Virus record (IMG/VR): IMGVR_UViG_3300043410_000715
Span: 25,711-89,710 of that record
Reading direction: 5' to 3' (one strand)
DNA: 64,000 bases
Source of the DNA: a virus
Lineage: Duplodnaviria > Heunggongvirae > Uroviricota > Caudoviricetes
Shown here in pieces: positions 37,246 to 47,077 of the stretch. The notes under the pieces were generated by a model that was given only the letters and a program-made list of their open reading frames with translations, was not told where the DNA came from and did no database searches. Made by a program: the position numbers and the translations under genes. Each line of letters starts with the position of its first letter. The first letter of the stretch is position 1.

Positions 37246-37799
37246 TGCGTGATATTATTCAGTTACTTGAGGATAAAAGTAAACCTCAAGATATAGAAAT
37301 CATTGCTCTGAACTTTGAGCCAAAAGAAGTAAGTCCGGTTATGTCTAAAGACACACTTGATTTGCACTATGGCAAGTTAGCGCATGGTTATGCTGAACGA
37401 TATAACAAAAAAGAAGGCGACAGAGAATTTAATTATGCAGGAGCATTCTTACATAATACATTGTTCCCTCAATTCCGCGAGTTAAGAAACAACAACAAAC
37501 CAAACGGTCCTATCGAAGGATTTATTAAAAGACATTTTGGTTCATGGGAAGATTTCAAAGACAAATTTGAAGAAGAAGCAATGAAAATTGAAGGTAGTGG
37601 TTGGGTCTACTTAGCATACGACGGTTCAATCAAGACCATTAAAAACCATGAAGTTCGCAACGACATACTACTTTTAGTTGATTGGTGGGAACATGCTTGG
37701 ATACTTGATTATGGCTCAGACAAGAAAAAGTATCTGAAAGAACAGTGGAAGATTATTAACTGGAACGTTGTCAACACACGATGGGGTAAGAGTTTATAA
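37245..37799 (+). CDS. Fe/Mn superoxide dismutase-like protein
   Basis: 184 aa. C-terminal LLLVDWWEHAWILDYGSDKKKYLKEQWKIINWNVVNTRW matches the SOD signature DxWEHAYY...NWdeVakR. N-terminal His ligands (LHYGK..H, AFLHNTLF) are conserved. Confidence 0.7.
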   Translation: MRDIIQLLEDKSKPQDIEIIALNFEPKEVSPVMSKDTLDLHYGKLAHGYAERYNKKEGDREFNYAGAFLHNTLFPQFRELRNNNKPNGPIEGFIKRHFGSWEDFKDKFEEEAMKIEGSGWVYLAYDGSIKTIKNHEVRNDILLLVDWWEHAWILDYGSDKKKYLKEQWKIINWNVVNTRWGKSL

Positions 37800-37829
37800 A
37801 ATAGTAATTTATCCGCAATAAATAATTTT

Positions 37830-39125
37830 ATGAATAAATTATCAATTTCGGAAGATGACTGTAATTTAATAACCAATAGCGAATATTTCTGCCCAGCCCC
37901 GTTCTCAAATAAACACATAAACACAGATGGCACTGTTAGCCCATGTTGTGTAATAAATAGAACCCAACCTCTACTACATTATTCAGACCCGAATTCTTAT
38001 AATTCTAATCAGATAAAACAGATGAGGGAAAATATAATTAACATCAAACCATCTGTAGAGTGCAAAAGATGCTACGAAACAGAACGCACTGGAATTAGGT
38101 CTTACCGTCAAGGTATGGTAGAACAATTCAAAAAAGATTTTATAAAAAATACCAAAGATAATATCAACCTTGATTATTCTTTAGACAATCCAAAAATATT
38201 ATATTTGGATTTAATGATTGATAATACATGTAATCTCAGATGTAGATACTGTAGCAGTGTGTTTAGTTCTAGTTGGAGTAATGAGACAGCATCACTATTC
38301 AAAGAAATACCTGTTTTTAAAAAAATAATGCGTAGACCTATTCATATGAAAAGGTTAACTGGTTTAGAAAATATTGAATCAATCAAAAACGACTTACGAA
38401 CTGTTGAAAAAATATACTTTGCAGGTGGTGAACCGCTTGTAAATGACGTTCATTATCAAATTTTGGAATATTTAATTGACAACGGAAAAACTGATGTAGA
38501 AATAAACTATTCTACAAATTTTACAAATATCAAAAGAGTAATAAATTATTGGAGTAAATTTACAAATTTACGTGTGGGTGCTAGTTTAGATGCTAATTAC
38601 AAGCGAGGAGAATACATACGAAAAAATCTAGTATGGAATGATATTGTAAAAAACAGAGAACTTATGATTGAAAAACTACCTAATGTAAAATTTTCAATAA
38701 ATTCTACTATAAACATATTCAACGCATATAACATAGTTGATTTCCATCGTGAATGGATAGATAAAAAATTAATAGGACCTTATGATTTTTTCATATATTC
38801 TATTGTGTCTAACCCTGAACATTACGATATTAAAAATCTACCAAAACATCATAAAGATAATTTGTCTAAAATATACAAAGACCATATTGAATACTTACGT
38901 ACATTACCCAGTGCCAATACTAATTGGTATTTTCCTGAATTTAATAGTAATACACACCCGGACTTTACGATACAGTCATTTAATGGTATTTTAGGTAGAT
39001 TGAACCTTGATGCAGAAGATTTTACTAGTTACTGGGAAGTAGATAAATGGCTCGATGCGAATAGGAACGAGTCCTTCGTTGAAATTTTTCCTGAATATTC
39101 GGACTTTGAAACGTTTTTTAGATAA
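37830..39125 (+). CDS. radical SAM domain protein
   Basis: 431 aa. CxxxCxxC motif (DNTCNLRCRYC). An additional N-terminal Cys cluster (CPAPF...SPCC...CKRC) suggests an auxiliary Fe-S cluster. Confidence 0.65.
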   Translation: MNKLSISEDDCNLITNSEYFCPAPFSNKHINTDGTVSPCCVINRTQPLLHYSDPNSYNSNQIKQMRENIINIKPSVECKRCYETERTGIRSYRQGMVEQFKKDFIKNTKDNINLDYSLDNPKILYLDLMIDNTCNLRCRYCSSVFSSSWSNETASLFKEIPVFKKIMRRPIHMKRLTGLENIESIKNDLRTVEKIYFAGGEPLVNDVHYQILEYLIDNGKTDVEINYSTNFTNIKRVINYWSKFTNLRVGASLDANYKRGEYIRKNLVWNDIVKNRELMIEKLPNVKFSINSTINIFNAYNIVDFHREWIDKKLIGPYDFFIYSIVSNPEHYDIKNLPKHHKDNLSKIYKDHIEYLRTLPSANTNWYFPEFNSNTHPDFTIQSFNGILGRLNLDAEDFTSYWEVDKWLDANRNESFVEIFPEYSDFETFFR

Positions 39126-39132
39126 ATACTAG

Positions 39133-39825
39133 ATGAGAGCAAGTGAGTTTATCAAAGAAGAAGCTAGAATTATCGATGAGATGCCGCTACCTGCGGATTG
39201 GGATCCTGCATCAATGCGTCAGCAAGCTACTACGTTCAAAAGTCGTTTAGCCTATGCGTTAGAACGTGCTAAAAAATTAGGCACCGGATCAAGTCGTGTT
39301 GCTACTGTTATTGAGTATGAAGGTCGTCCTACTGTATTAAAGATTGCTAAGAATCAAAAAGGTCTAGCACAGAACAGTGTTGAGGCAGATATTCTTAGTG
39401 ATGGATATGCAAAACAGTTAGGTATACTAATACCAATCATTGACTATGATGAAGAAAATCGTGAACCTAGTTGGATTCACACTGAAATGGCCACTAAAGC
39501 TAGTGAGAAACAATTGTGTAACATAATGAAATGTTATGGTCTTGTTGATTTAGTTATGGCCGCACAAGCTCAATTAAATGAATATGGACAACGTTCACGT
39601 AGTGTACTGGACGACATTCTTGAAAAAAATCAGTTCTATGGTAACAGTGAAGATGACAATGAAATCTTCCTGCAATATGTTAACGACTTCGCTGACTTGA
39701 AGAATTCGTTTGATGTTGAATTGGGTGATTTTAACAGAGCCGCTAATTGGGGCATGTATCAAGGTAAACCAGTTGTAGTTGATGTGGGATTCAACAGCAA
39801 TGTTATGAATCAATATTATCGTTAA
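39133..39825 (+). CDS. hypothetical protein
   Basis: 230-aa ORF, last gene of the plus-strand island. Confidence 0.5.
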   Translation: MRASEFIKEEARIIDEMPLPADWDPASMRQQATTFKSRLAYALERAKKLGTGSSRVATVIEYEGRPTVLKIAKNQKGLAQNSVEADILSDGYAKQLGILIPIIDYDEENREPSWIHTEMATKASEKQLCNIMKCYGLVDLVMAAQAQLNEYGQRSRSVLDDILEKNQFYGNSEDDNEIFLQYVNDFADLKNSFDVELGDFNRAANWGMYQGKPVVVDVGFNSNVMNQYYR

Positions 39826-40646
39826 ACTTTTAACAACTCTTCCATCGTATACAAGTTACGCATATAAGGTGAAACATCTTCTAATACAGAAACAGCAAGA
39901 TCACCTTTTCTTCTAGGTCCATACTTTACATCAAAGTCACAATCGTTTACTTCCATAAATTTATTGACAATTTCACGAACAGTATATCCAACACCATGTC
40001 CCAATGATTCAACACTATTACTTGGTTTCTCTATTGCTTGCTTTAATGCATCACAAATCTCATTGACATGTACATAGTCACGAATACAAGTTCCATCAGG
40101 ACTTGCATCATAGTCCTTACCGAAAATAGTGAATTCTCCTGTTTCTCGGGCCTTCATTAAATTGTACATTAATCCATCGGGGTTAGTGGGAGCCACGACG
40201 GTGCTTCCAATAACATTATAAAATCTAAAGATTGTATATGGTGTCGGGCGATGGGTTGTACAATATTCTCCAACTACATCTTCTGCGGCTCTTTTGCTAA
40301 TACCGTATGCACTCTCACATCCAACTGCGGCACCTGTACTAGCAAAGATAAAGTTCTTTGTCTTGATTTTGTTAATCACATTCATTGTACCATTCAAGTT
40401 TGTGATGTAATACTGAATGGGTATTTGTTCGCTCTCACCCACATTAACTAATGCGGCTAAGTGAATAACGGCATCATATTCTTCTTCAATATTAAACAAT
40501 TTACGAATGTCAATCGTGTGATGCGTCTTGGGGAGTAGTTGCGGTGGATTAATGTCAAGCCCATGAACTTCATATTCATCTTGTAACATCTTAGTCAGAT
40601 GACTACCGATATATCCCGAGTTGCCTGTAATTAAAATCTTTTTCAT
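39822..40646 (-). CDS. NAD-dependent epimerase/dehydratase (short SDR-type sugar-nucleotide epimerase)
   Basis: 274 aa. N-terminal Rossmann motif ILITGNSGYIGSHL. Catalytic YxxxK (YGISKRA). Confidence 0.75.
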   Translation of the reverse strand: MKKILITGNSGYIGSHLTKMLQDEYEVHGLDINPPQLLPKTHHTIDIRKLFNIEEEYDAVIHLAALVNVGESEQIPIQYYITNLNGTMNVINKIKTKNFIFASTGAAVGCESAYGISKRAAEDVVGEYCTTHRPTPYTIFRFYNVIGSTVVAPTNPDGLMYNLMKARETGEFTIFGKDYDASPDGTCIRDYVHVNEICDALKQAIEKPSNSVESLGHGVGYTVREIVNKFMEVNDCDFDVKYGPRRKGDLAVSVLEDVSPYMRNLYTMEELLKV

Positions 40647-41998
40647 AGTCCCTCAAATAAGTTAGTTTCTTCTTCGTCTGGTACAAAGGTAGCATCTTTT
40701 GATAGATAAGTGTGATTGTCCGTATAAATGACGTTGAATTTATGTCTATTGGTTAACACACTTTCAAAATCTTCTCTCGCTAAATGTTTACGATTTAACT
40801 CTTTGATATAGTCAGCGTATTTCACTGTTTCGTATTCATTGATTTTAGCTTGATTAGATTTTGCTTTTCTACCTTCATACCCGTCAATAAAATCAATCCA
40901 AGACTGAACAGTATCAGTGTCAATAGACTTGACATATTCTAACGCTCCTGTTTTGTAATATTTTTCTGGATTAGATGTGTCGTGTAATCTTTTTAACGTG
41001 TCAGAAACTTCATCCATGTTAGTTCTATAATAGTAGATGTGTAGGAAATTCTCAGACCAATCTTGTGTGTCTAACACTACGCTAGGCATGTGTCCTAAAC
41101 ATTCATAGAATGCGAACGGAAAGTTTTCACGCAAGCTAGGCATAAAAAATACTGCACAACTTTTAATAAAGTCTACTTTCTCTTGTCCAGTAATCCCTGC
41201 TTTGATTTCGTAGTCAGTGATACCATTCTCTGCAAAAGCCTTCTCGAACTTCTTTTGTCCGTTACTGTTAGTCATAACTTTGCAGGGTAATCCTGATTCT
41301 TTCATCGCTTTGATATATGCTTCTGGGTTCTTACCTTCTTCCCATCGACCAATAAACAATACACCCCTGCGTTTCTTATAACTAGGCTCTAGTAACCCAC
41401 GCTCACTCAATGGCATCTGTAAAATACTTACATATTTTGAACCATGACTTTCTAATTCTATTTTGTTTTTCAGTGATTGAGTGCCGATAAAGATATCAGG
41501 AAATTCCATATGTTTGTTGTAGAAGTTGTGATAACTATCTAAGAACACATCACTACCTTGACCTGAACGGAAAATCATACTGTGTAAATGAGTATAGAAA
41601 ATCACAGGGATATCTTTATTCAAAGTCATCGCATAAGCCGCACTCATTGCTTCCTGCGTGTTGCACAAAATCATGTCATAGAGATTTTCTTCAAATGCTT
41701 CTAAGATGCTGTTACGGAAATTAATAATCTTTTCAAAGTTGATTGTATCACTAAACGCAAATGTAGCAGTGTGGTCACTATAACGTAGTGGTTCTAGTGG
41801 CCAAATAATGTTGGCACCAGCAGCCTCAATCACTTTATCAAACCCACCTGTAGGAGCCTTGTCTAAAAGAATATCTACTTTCCAACCAATCCGACCACAC
41901 ATTTCTGTAAAACTCTTACAGAAACTACCAATGCCACCATGCGGGATAAAATGTTGGTCACTAATTAAAAACGCAATTCTTTTCTTATATGTTTTCAT
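40643..41998 (-). CDS. glycosyltransferase (GT-B fold, GT4-like)
   Basis: 451 aa. Start overlaps the epimerase stop. Confidence 0.6.
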   Translation of the reverse strand: MKTYKKRIAFLISDQHFIPHGGIGSFCKSFTEMCGRIGWKVDILLDKAPTGGFDKVIEAAGANIIWPLEPLRYSDHTATFAFSDTINFEKIINFRNSILEAFEENLYDMILCNTQEAMSAAYAMTLNKDIPVIFYTHLHSMIFRSGQGSDVFLDSYHNFYNKHMEFPDIFIGTQSLKNKIELESHGSKYVSILQMPLSERGLLEPSYKKRRGVLFIGRWEEGKNPEAYIKAMKESGLPCKVMTNSNGQKKFEKAFAENGITDYEIKAGITGQEKVDFIKSCAVFFMPSLRENFPFAFYECLGHMPSVVLDTQDWSENFLHIYYYRTNMDEVSDTLKRLHDTSNPEKYYKTGALEYVKSIDTDTVQSWIDFIDGYEGRKAKSNQAKINEYETVKYADYIKELNRKHLAREDFESVLTNRHKFNVIYTDNHTYLSKDATFVPDEEETNLFEGL

Positions 41999-42234
41999 AC
42001 CTCACCTTTTAATCTCAAAATAATAAATTCTTCTTTGCACATCCATTTATACGAATCGATAATTTGCGTATCATATCTACGAGCCTTATAACCACGATAA
42101 GCAAACTGTAGCCACATAACCTGCATTGTTTCAATACAACGTTGTGGTAACCAACAGAACTTCAGTTCCCAAGCACGAGTTTTGCGTTCGTACTCATTAA
42201 GGTCGATTTCTTGATATTCTGGAACATCGATCAT
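41995..42234 (-). CDS. hypothetical protein
   Basis: 79-aa ORF. Confidence 0.45.
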   Translation of the reverse strand: MIDVPEYQEIDLNEYERKTRAWELKFCWLPQRCIETMQVMWLQFAYRGYKARRYDTQIIDSYKWMCKEEFIILRLKGEV

Positions 42235-42449
42235 TCAATTTTACCCCATTTAACTTTGAGCCATATGCGTTCGTGTATATAGTAATCTATACTTAGAAGT
42301 ATGTGAATCAGAACTGAACTCCCGATTGATTCTTCTAAGTTACCAGTAAGCCAATACATTATTGGTATTGTGAGTAACCACGCTGATAAGCGATAGGTAA
42401 TCATTCTAACTACTGTTCGTTTGTGTGTCTCTGCCATCATGTTCCCCAT
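42231..42449 (-). CDS. small membrane protein
   Basis: 72 aa with two TM helices. Confidence 0.45.
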   Translation of the reverse strand: MGNMMAETHKRTVVRMITYRLSAWLLTIPIMYWLTGNLEESIGSSVLIHILLSIDYYIHERIWLKVKWGKIE

Positions 42450-43279
42450 TCATTTTTAAATAATGGCACTTGCAATCTATCACTATAACGCCAGCCACGT
42501 TTCATTGCTGCCAATGCTACATTCTTTGCGTTCATTTCGTAAACACTTTCAACACCACCAACGGGCATCAAGTAGACTGGACCTTTGAATCCGCAGTTTT
42601 TGTATTCTTGTGTAGCTTTTTCAGCTTCCAATACATCTTCTTCTGAAGCCACCACGAACTTAAGGTATACAAAACCCACATCTTGGTATTGACGTATAAC
42701 ATTAGGCAAAATTGCTTCATTATACTTTTCTCCACTTACTGATAATTTAGGACTTACACTAAAAGTTAGTGCATTCTTTTCTCTATTTCTTTTCCAAAGT
42801 TGCAAGAATTCTTTAAATTCTTCACTCAAATGTTGTGTTCCGTTAGTCTCAAATGTTAACTCTTTGAGAGCCCTCATTTTTTCGTTCGAAAGTAATTCAG
42901 GATAGCTTCTTTGCCATCCAAGAAGTGGCTCACCCCCAGTAATAACCAAGTGTTCATCCATCCAACGACCATGAGGAAGTAAATCAATAATGCTATCGGC
43001 AATAGTATTAACATTGAGCATAGGACTAAGATGCTTGAAACGAGGGTCCCATGAAGCATATGAATCACAGCCCGTAGACACCAACGGTAAATTTTTATAC
43101 TCTGTAATACTATCTGCATCAATTGTAAACCTTTCATTACTAGTTTGACCTCTAGGCATACCGAAGCCTTCACATTTGAAGTTGCACCCAAATGTTCTCA
43201 AAAACACAGAAGGAACGCCCATATAACGTCCTTCACCTTGAATGCTATAAAATAATTCAGCTATTTTTAACTCTGCCAT
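42437..43279 (-). CDS. queE: 7-carboxy-7-deazaguanine synthase QueE (radical SAM)
   Basis: 280 aa. N-terminus FYSIQGEGRYMGVPSVFLRTFGCNFKC matches QueE (FQTLQGEGYFTGVPAIFIRLQGCPVGC). Confidence 0.85.
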   Translation of the reverse strand: MAELKIAELFYSIQGEGRYMGVPSVFLRTFGCNFKCEGFGMPRGQTSNERFTIDADSITEYKNLPLVSTGCDSYASWDPRFKHLSPMLNVNTIADSIIDLLPHGRWMDEHLVITGGEPLLGWQRSYPELLSNEKMRALKELTFETNGTQHLSEEFKEFLQLWKRNREKNALTFSVSPKLSVSGEKYNEAILPNVIRQYQDVGFVYLKFVVASEEDVLEAEKATQEYKNCGFKGPVYLMPVGGVESVYEMNAKNVALAAMKRGWRYSDRLQVPLFKNEWGT

Positions 43280-43298
43280 TTCTTTCTTTCATAATTCT

Positions 43299-43853
43299 TT
43301 ATGATAAATCAATAACCATTTCTTGTAAATAGAACTCGGAAAAATCTTCAATATATGGTACTATTGTTTTTACCAGTGTACTTACTTTCATTCTATCAGT
43401 TGGATTTTCGCCAGACGTATCTGCGGCTTTTGTATCAATCCATCCTGGAAAAACTGACATTATCAATGGTGTCTTTTTGGTGTTAGCATGTTGTCTAGCG
43501 AAAACCATTTGATTCATTTTTTCCGTATAATATTTTGATTCTTGTGTGCCCGGAACAATCAATGAAGGATCCTTTAACACCTTTTTACTATTCATGTTTA
43601 CTATTAACTTTTTAAAACCCAACCAAGATGCTGTTGCCTTCTTTAATAATTCAAGTTGTGATTCACCATAAACATTATTAATAAACACATCGCACGATTT
43701 TAACTGTTCAAGTATTAAATCTTGCGTGTGACTGTCAACTACATTATAGCCATTTAGCAAATCATAACCATGTATCACATGACCTGCATTTCTTAACTGA
43801 GTGGCAAATTCTAAACCAATACCACCCATATGCCCTGTAATTACTATATTCAT
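43299..43853 (-). CDS. short-chain dehydrogenase/reductase-like protein (truncated SDR)
   Basis: 184 aa. TGxxGGIG dinucleotide motif (ITGHMGGIG), YxxxK (YYTEK) and PGxIxT (PGWIDT). Confidence 0.6.
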   Translation of the reverse strand: MNIVITGHMGGIGLEFATQLRNAGHVIHGYDLLNGYNVVDSHTQDLILEQLKSCDVFINNVYGESQLELLKKATASWLGFKKLIVNMNSKKVLKDPSLIVPGTQESKYYTEKMNQMVFARQHANTKKTPLIMSVFPGWIDTKAADTSGENPTDRMKVSTLVKTIVPYIEDFSEFYLQEMVIDLS

Positions 43854-44002
43854 TTACCAATGCCTTATAACGCCTGCAACAATAAAAATATTTGTGACTA
43901 TATATGTTAGCACAATGCAGGTTCTAATCAAAGCGATACGGTCAGCTTCCTGATCCGTATCACCTGATTTTTCGCCAAGGGCTTTCGCCCATAAACGCCA
44001 AA
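43854..44002 (-). CDS. small membrane protein (49 aa)
   Basis: Below cutoff. MKNIWRLWAKALGEKSGDTDQEADRIALIRTCIVLTYIVTNIFIVAGVIRHW. Stop overlaps the ATG of the SDR gene as TAAATG. Confidence 0.3.
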
Positions 44003-44011
44003 TGTTCTTCA

Positions 44012-44632
44012 TTATCCTTGGTCAGTATCGTGTATACGCTTCTTTAAGAAGTTCAATAGAACACCATATGCTGGTAAGAACACAATAATACCTACTGCAA
44101 TCTTTAGGATAGTTTGACTCAATGCAATTTCACTCCAGTTAGCCGCCATGTATTCGTCTGCACTTTGATAGAATGCAACACTGAAGAATGTGTAACTATC
44201 AATAAAGTTTGCGGCAATCATTGATAATGCAGGAGCCGCCCACCATTGCTTAGTGAACTTCTCACGGACATATTGGAATACATATACATCAAGTAGTGTA
44301 CCTACTAAGTATGCTGTTGCACTAGCAAAACCAATACGCAATGCTACTGATTGAGGTGCTCCCTCTAACAATACAACTGCAATACTACCTAAGATAGCAA
44401 ATGGATATGCTGCCGCAATAGTTGCCCGTGCAATACCTTTACCTAGTAAACGGACTGTCAAGTCTGTTGCCAAAATAACTAATGGGAAGGTAAATGCCGC
44501 CCAAGTTAATTTAACACCTAAGATTTCAACTGGGATTGAAACCAATGCGTTTGAAATTATAATAACAATAACGTGCAATACTGCAAGCATTGCCATCATT
44601 TTCTTATCTACGTCTTTAAATAATGAAAACAT
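44012..44632 (-). CDS. yhhQ: queuosine-precursor (preQ0/preQ1) transporter, YhhQ/Vut (DUF165) family
   Basis: 206 aa, six TM helices. Size and topology match YhhQ. Sits within the que gene cluster. Confidence 0.7.
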   Translation of the reverse strand: MFSLFKDVDKKMMAMLAVLHVIVIIISNALVSIPVEILGVKLTWAAFTFPLVILATDLTVRLLGKGIARATIAAAYPFAILGSIAVVLLEGAPQSVALRIGFASATAYLVGTLLDVYVFQYVREKFTKQWWAAPALSMIAANFIDSYTFFSVAFYQSADEYMAANWSEIALSQTILKIAVGIIVFLPAYGVLLNFLKKRIHDTDQG

Positions 44633-44634
44633 TT

Positions 44635-45138
44635 TTACTCCTTAAATAAATCTTCATTCCACTCTCTATGACCTTCTCTGAAAGCCATATTGCTTTGAGT
44701 CTCCCGTACTTCTACACGGTAGCACCAAAGTCTTTTTGCTTCTCCCTCACCCCACATCTCAGGAATGTAAACACCATTGACATACTTGTATAGCATATCA
44801 CTTAGTGCTTCACAACCTAACGCAGGCAAGACGATGATTTTAGCCATCTTCTTTTCTTGTAATAGTTTGAATGTTTCCATTTCTGGATCATCTTGTGCTA
44901 CGATAAGTGTGTGGTCGAATTGATCTTCCAAGAACTTCTTCAATTCTTTTAGACCACCATAGTCGGCAGCCCAGTTACGGGCATCTAAATCGTTTGTACC
45001 GAAATAGAATTTCATACTGAAACTGTAACCATGAATTGTGTTGCAATGGCTGTCTGCACGCCATTGACGATAAGCACACGGAAACGCATCGTGGTATTCT
45101 TTTGTGCTTGTGTATTTGTATGTAATTGGATTATGCAT
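44635..45138 (-). CDS. queD: 6-carboxy-5,6,7,8-tetrahydropterin synthase QueD / PTPS-like
   Basis: Start moved to Met21 (AGGAGAAAAT Shine-Dalgarno). CNTIHGYSF matches the QueD zinc motif CGRLHGHSF. T-fold size. Confidence 0.75.
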   Translation of the reverse strand: MHNPITYKYTSTKEYHDAFPCAYRQWRADSHCNTIHGYSFSMKFYFGTNDLDARNWAADYGGLKELKKFLEDQFDHTLIVAQDDPEMETFKLLQEKKMAKIIVLPALGCEALSDMLYKYVNGVYIPEMWGEGEAKRLWCYRVEVRETQSNMAFREGHREWNEDLFKE

Positions 45139-45212
45139 ATTTTCTCCTATGTTAATTTTAGCATAGGACGCAGAATTTATATACCGGGGTGAGCCCATAA
45201 GACCGGTTTATG

Positions 45213-45674
45213 TTATTTACCATTTTCAGATTCAGCTACTCTTTTTCTCAAACTAGAACTTGAGAAACTATGGTCACGAGAGTTAAACACGTGTTCTATA
45301 CCTTTTTCGGTCCCTTCTTTTCTACCAGTAAAGTCCTGACTTTGATATTCGACACCGAGTATTCTAACGTCAACTGGAAGGATGAGGAGAAGGTCGATGA
45401 GGTCTTGTTCGGTTGAGTATACAACAACTTCATCAACAAAACGACACGATGCCAATTGTATTTGTCGCTCCACAATTGACTGTACAGGTTTATTCTTCGT
45501 ATCTGGTCTGTCGATAGTGGGGTCAGTTTGGAGTCCTGCAATAAGGTAGTCACAATGATTTTTAGCCTCAGCCAACATAGCAATGTGCCCTGCGTGAAGT
45601 AAGTCAAAAGTTGAGAATGTAATGCCAATCTTTTTGCCTGCTTCTTTAAGTTGTTTTATCTTGTTGAATATCAT
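45213..45674 (-). CDS. nucleotidyltransferase (cytidylyl/adenylyltransferase, TagD / RfaE domain II-like)
   Basis: 153 aa. HxGH motif (FDLLHAGH). Confidence 0.75.
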   Translation of the reverse strand: MIFNKIKQLKEAGKKIGITFSTFDLLHAGHIAMLAEAKNHCDYLIAGLQTDPTIDRPDTKNKPVQSIVERQIQLASCRFVDEVVVYSTEQDLIDLLLILPVDVRILGVEYQSQDFTGRKEGTEKGIEHVFNSRDHSFSSSSLRKRVAESENGK

Positions 45675-45969
45675 CTGGTAGTATTTCTTCTATTTCTGTT
45701 TCATCTTCAAAGTAATGAACATGATAAGTTTTACCTGCATGTTCATATACATCTGTCCATGATCTTTGATTGTTACTTGATTCAATTGGTTCTACTAAAG
45801 CAAATACAGTTAACATGTGGTCATGTTCTTGACCTGTGATTTTCCTACGATTAGGACCTAGAATATGTCGCATGAACTTTTTAAGTTCTACTGGATCATT
45901 TATGATTCTTTCAGCAGCCTCTTGTATTAGTTCAACGCTTGTTTTAGTCATAACTTTAAAGTCTTCCAC
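45646..45969 (-). CDS. hypothetical protein
   Basis: 107-aa ORF. Confidence 0.45.
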   Translation of the reverse strand: MEDFKVMTKTSVELIQEAAERIINDPVELKKFMRHILGPNRRKITGQEHDHMLTVFALVEPIESSNNQRSWTDVYEHAGKTYHVHYFEDETEIEEILPDDIQQDKTT

Positions 45970-46241
45970 ATTACACGCTGTTCATTCTCTTTTAAGAATT
46001 GTTCTTCATCAGCGAATGTAGGACTATCTTTCATAATCTGATCCAACATCCATTTGAGTTTATACAAATCTTTTTTGATTTCCCATTGAGTGAAACCGTC
46101 ATTGTATTTGCTACTCATTTCTACACCTGCCATATAGATTTGATGATGCACTTGATTGTAGTCCATTGGTTTACGAAATCCCATCTTTCTTCTCCTTGCA
46201 GTTACAGTTACGACCTTGATTGCAGTTACCTGTACAAGCAC
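45948..46241 (-). CDS. hypothetical protein
   Basis: 97-aa ORF. Confidence 0.45.
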   Translation of the reverse strand: MLVQVTAIKVVTVTARRRKMGFRKPMDYNQVHHQIYMAGVEMSSKYNDGFTQWEIKKDLYKLKWMLDQIMKDSPTFADEEQFLKENEQRVMWKTLKL

Positions 46242-46371
46242 TATCTGGTGTGTTCTTTATAGTATAAAACATGAACAAGCCCGCCACACAAAATAAAAAT
46301 ATGTAAACTGCTTGTTCAATAATCATTCCAAGTAATAAACTCATGTTTGAAAGAAATTCAATCATTTGCAT
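46171..46371 (-). CDS. small membrane protein with Cys-rich C-terminus
   Basis: 66 aa. One TM helix. CTGNCNQGRNCNCKEKK tail. Confidence 0.4.
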   Translation of the reverse strand: MQMIEFLSNMSLLLGMIIEQAVYIFLFCVAGLFMFYTIKNTPDSACTGNCNQGRNCNCKEKKDGIS

Positions 46372-47042
46372 CCTTTGTTAGCAATTTGTAAGAACTCACC
46401 ACGTGCAGATGGATCTGTTTTGAAACCGCCACCCAATCGGCATGTAACTGTGCTGGATCCCGTATCTTCAACACCTCTTGATTTAACACAATAGTGTTGT
46501 GCGTCAATGAGGACTGCAACATCTTCAGTTTCAAGAATGAACTGAAGTGTGTGGAAGATTTGCTCGGTAAGACGTTCTTGGATCTGAGGTCGTTTACTAA
46601 AATACTCGACAATTCGATTAATCTTCGATAAGCCAAGGACTTTCTGCTTAGGAACATAAGCAACTGTAGCCAAGCCATCAATAACGACAAAGTGATGTTC
46701 GCAGTTACTTTGGACTGAAACGTTTCGTTCAACGACCATTTCGTTGTAGTGCATTTTGTTATCAACTGTAGTACACTTTGGAAATGCTTCATAATCTAGA
46801 CCCCAGAAAATTTCATTAACATACATTTTAGCAACACGCTTAGGTGTTTCAGTTAAACTATCATCAGTTAAGTCTAATCCTAAGATACGCATGATTTCAG
46901 TGAAGTGACCTTCGATGCCTGCAATTTGATCCTTGCGGTCGATGTTGCGTTTGTTGATTGGTGTTTCTACACCCATTTTGACTAAGTGCTCATGCACTTG
47001 TTGACCCAACTCAGGGTCGGTTTTTGTTTTGTTATAACTCAT
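46362..47042 (-). CDS. folE: GTP cyclohydrolase I FolE
   Basis: Start moved to MSYNKTKT (AAGGAAGGA Shine-Dalgarno). Aligns along its full length to E. coli FolE, including the CEHH zinc motif and the SKINR block. Confidence 0.9.
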   Translation of the reverse strand: MSYNKTKTDPELGQQVHEHLVKMGVETPINKRNIDRKDQIAGIEGHFTEIMRILGLDLTDDSLTETPKRVAKMYVNEIFWGLDYEAFPKCTTVDNKMHYNEMVVERNVSVQSNCEHHFVVIDGLATVAYVPKQKVLGLSKINRIVEYFSKRPQIQERLTEQIFHTLQFILETEDVAVLIDAQHYCVKSRGVEDTGSSTVTCRLGGGFKTDPSARGEFLQIANKGCK

Positions 47043-47077
47043 AGAATCCTTCCTTACGCGGATATGAAAATTGAAAT

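Noticed and set aside
46358-46792. ORF 46358-46792 (144 aa) overlapping folE in another frame
   Set aside because: The folE frame aligns end-to-end with GTP cyclohydrolase I. The overlapping frame has no motif and is treated as spurious.
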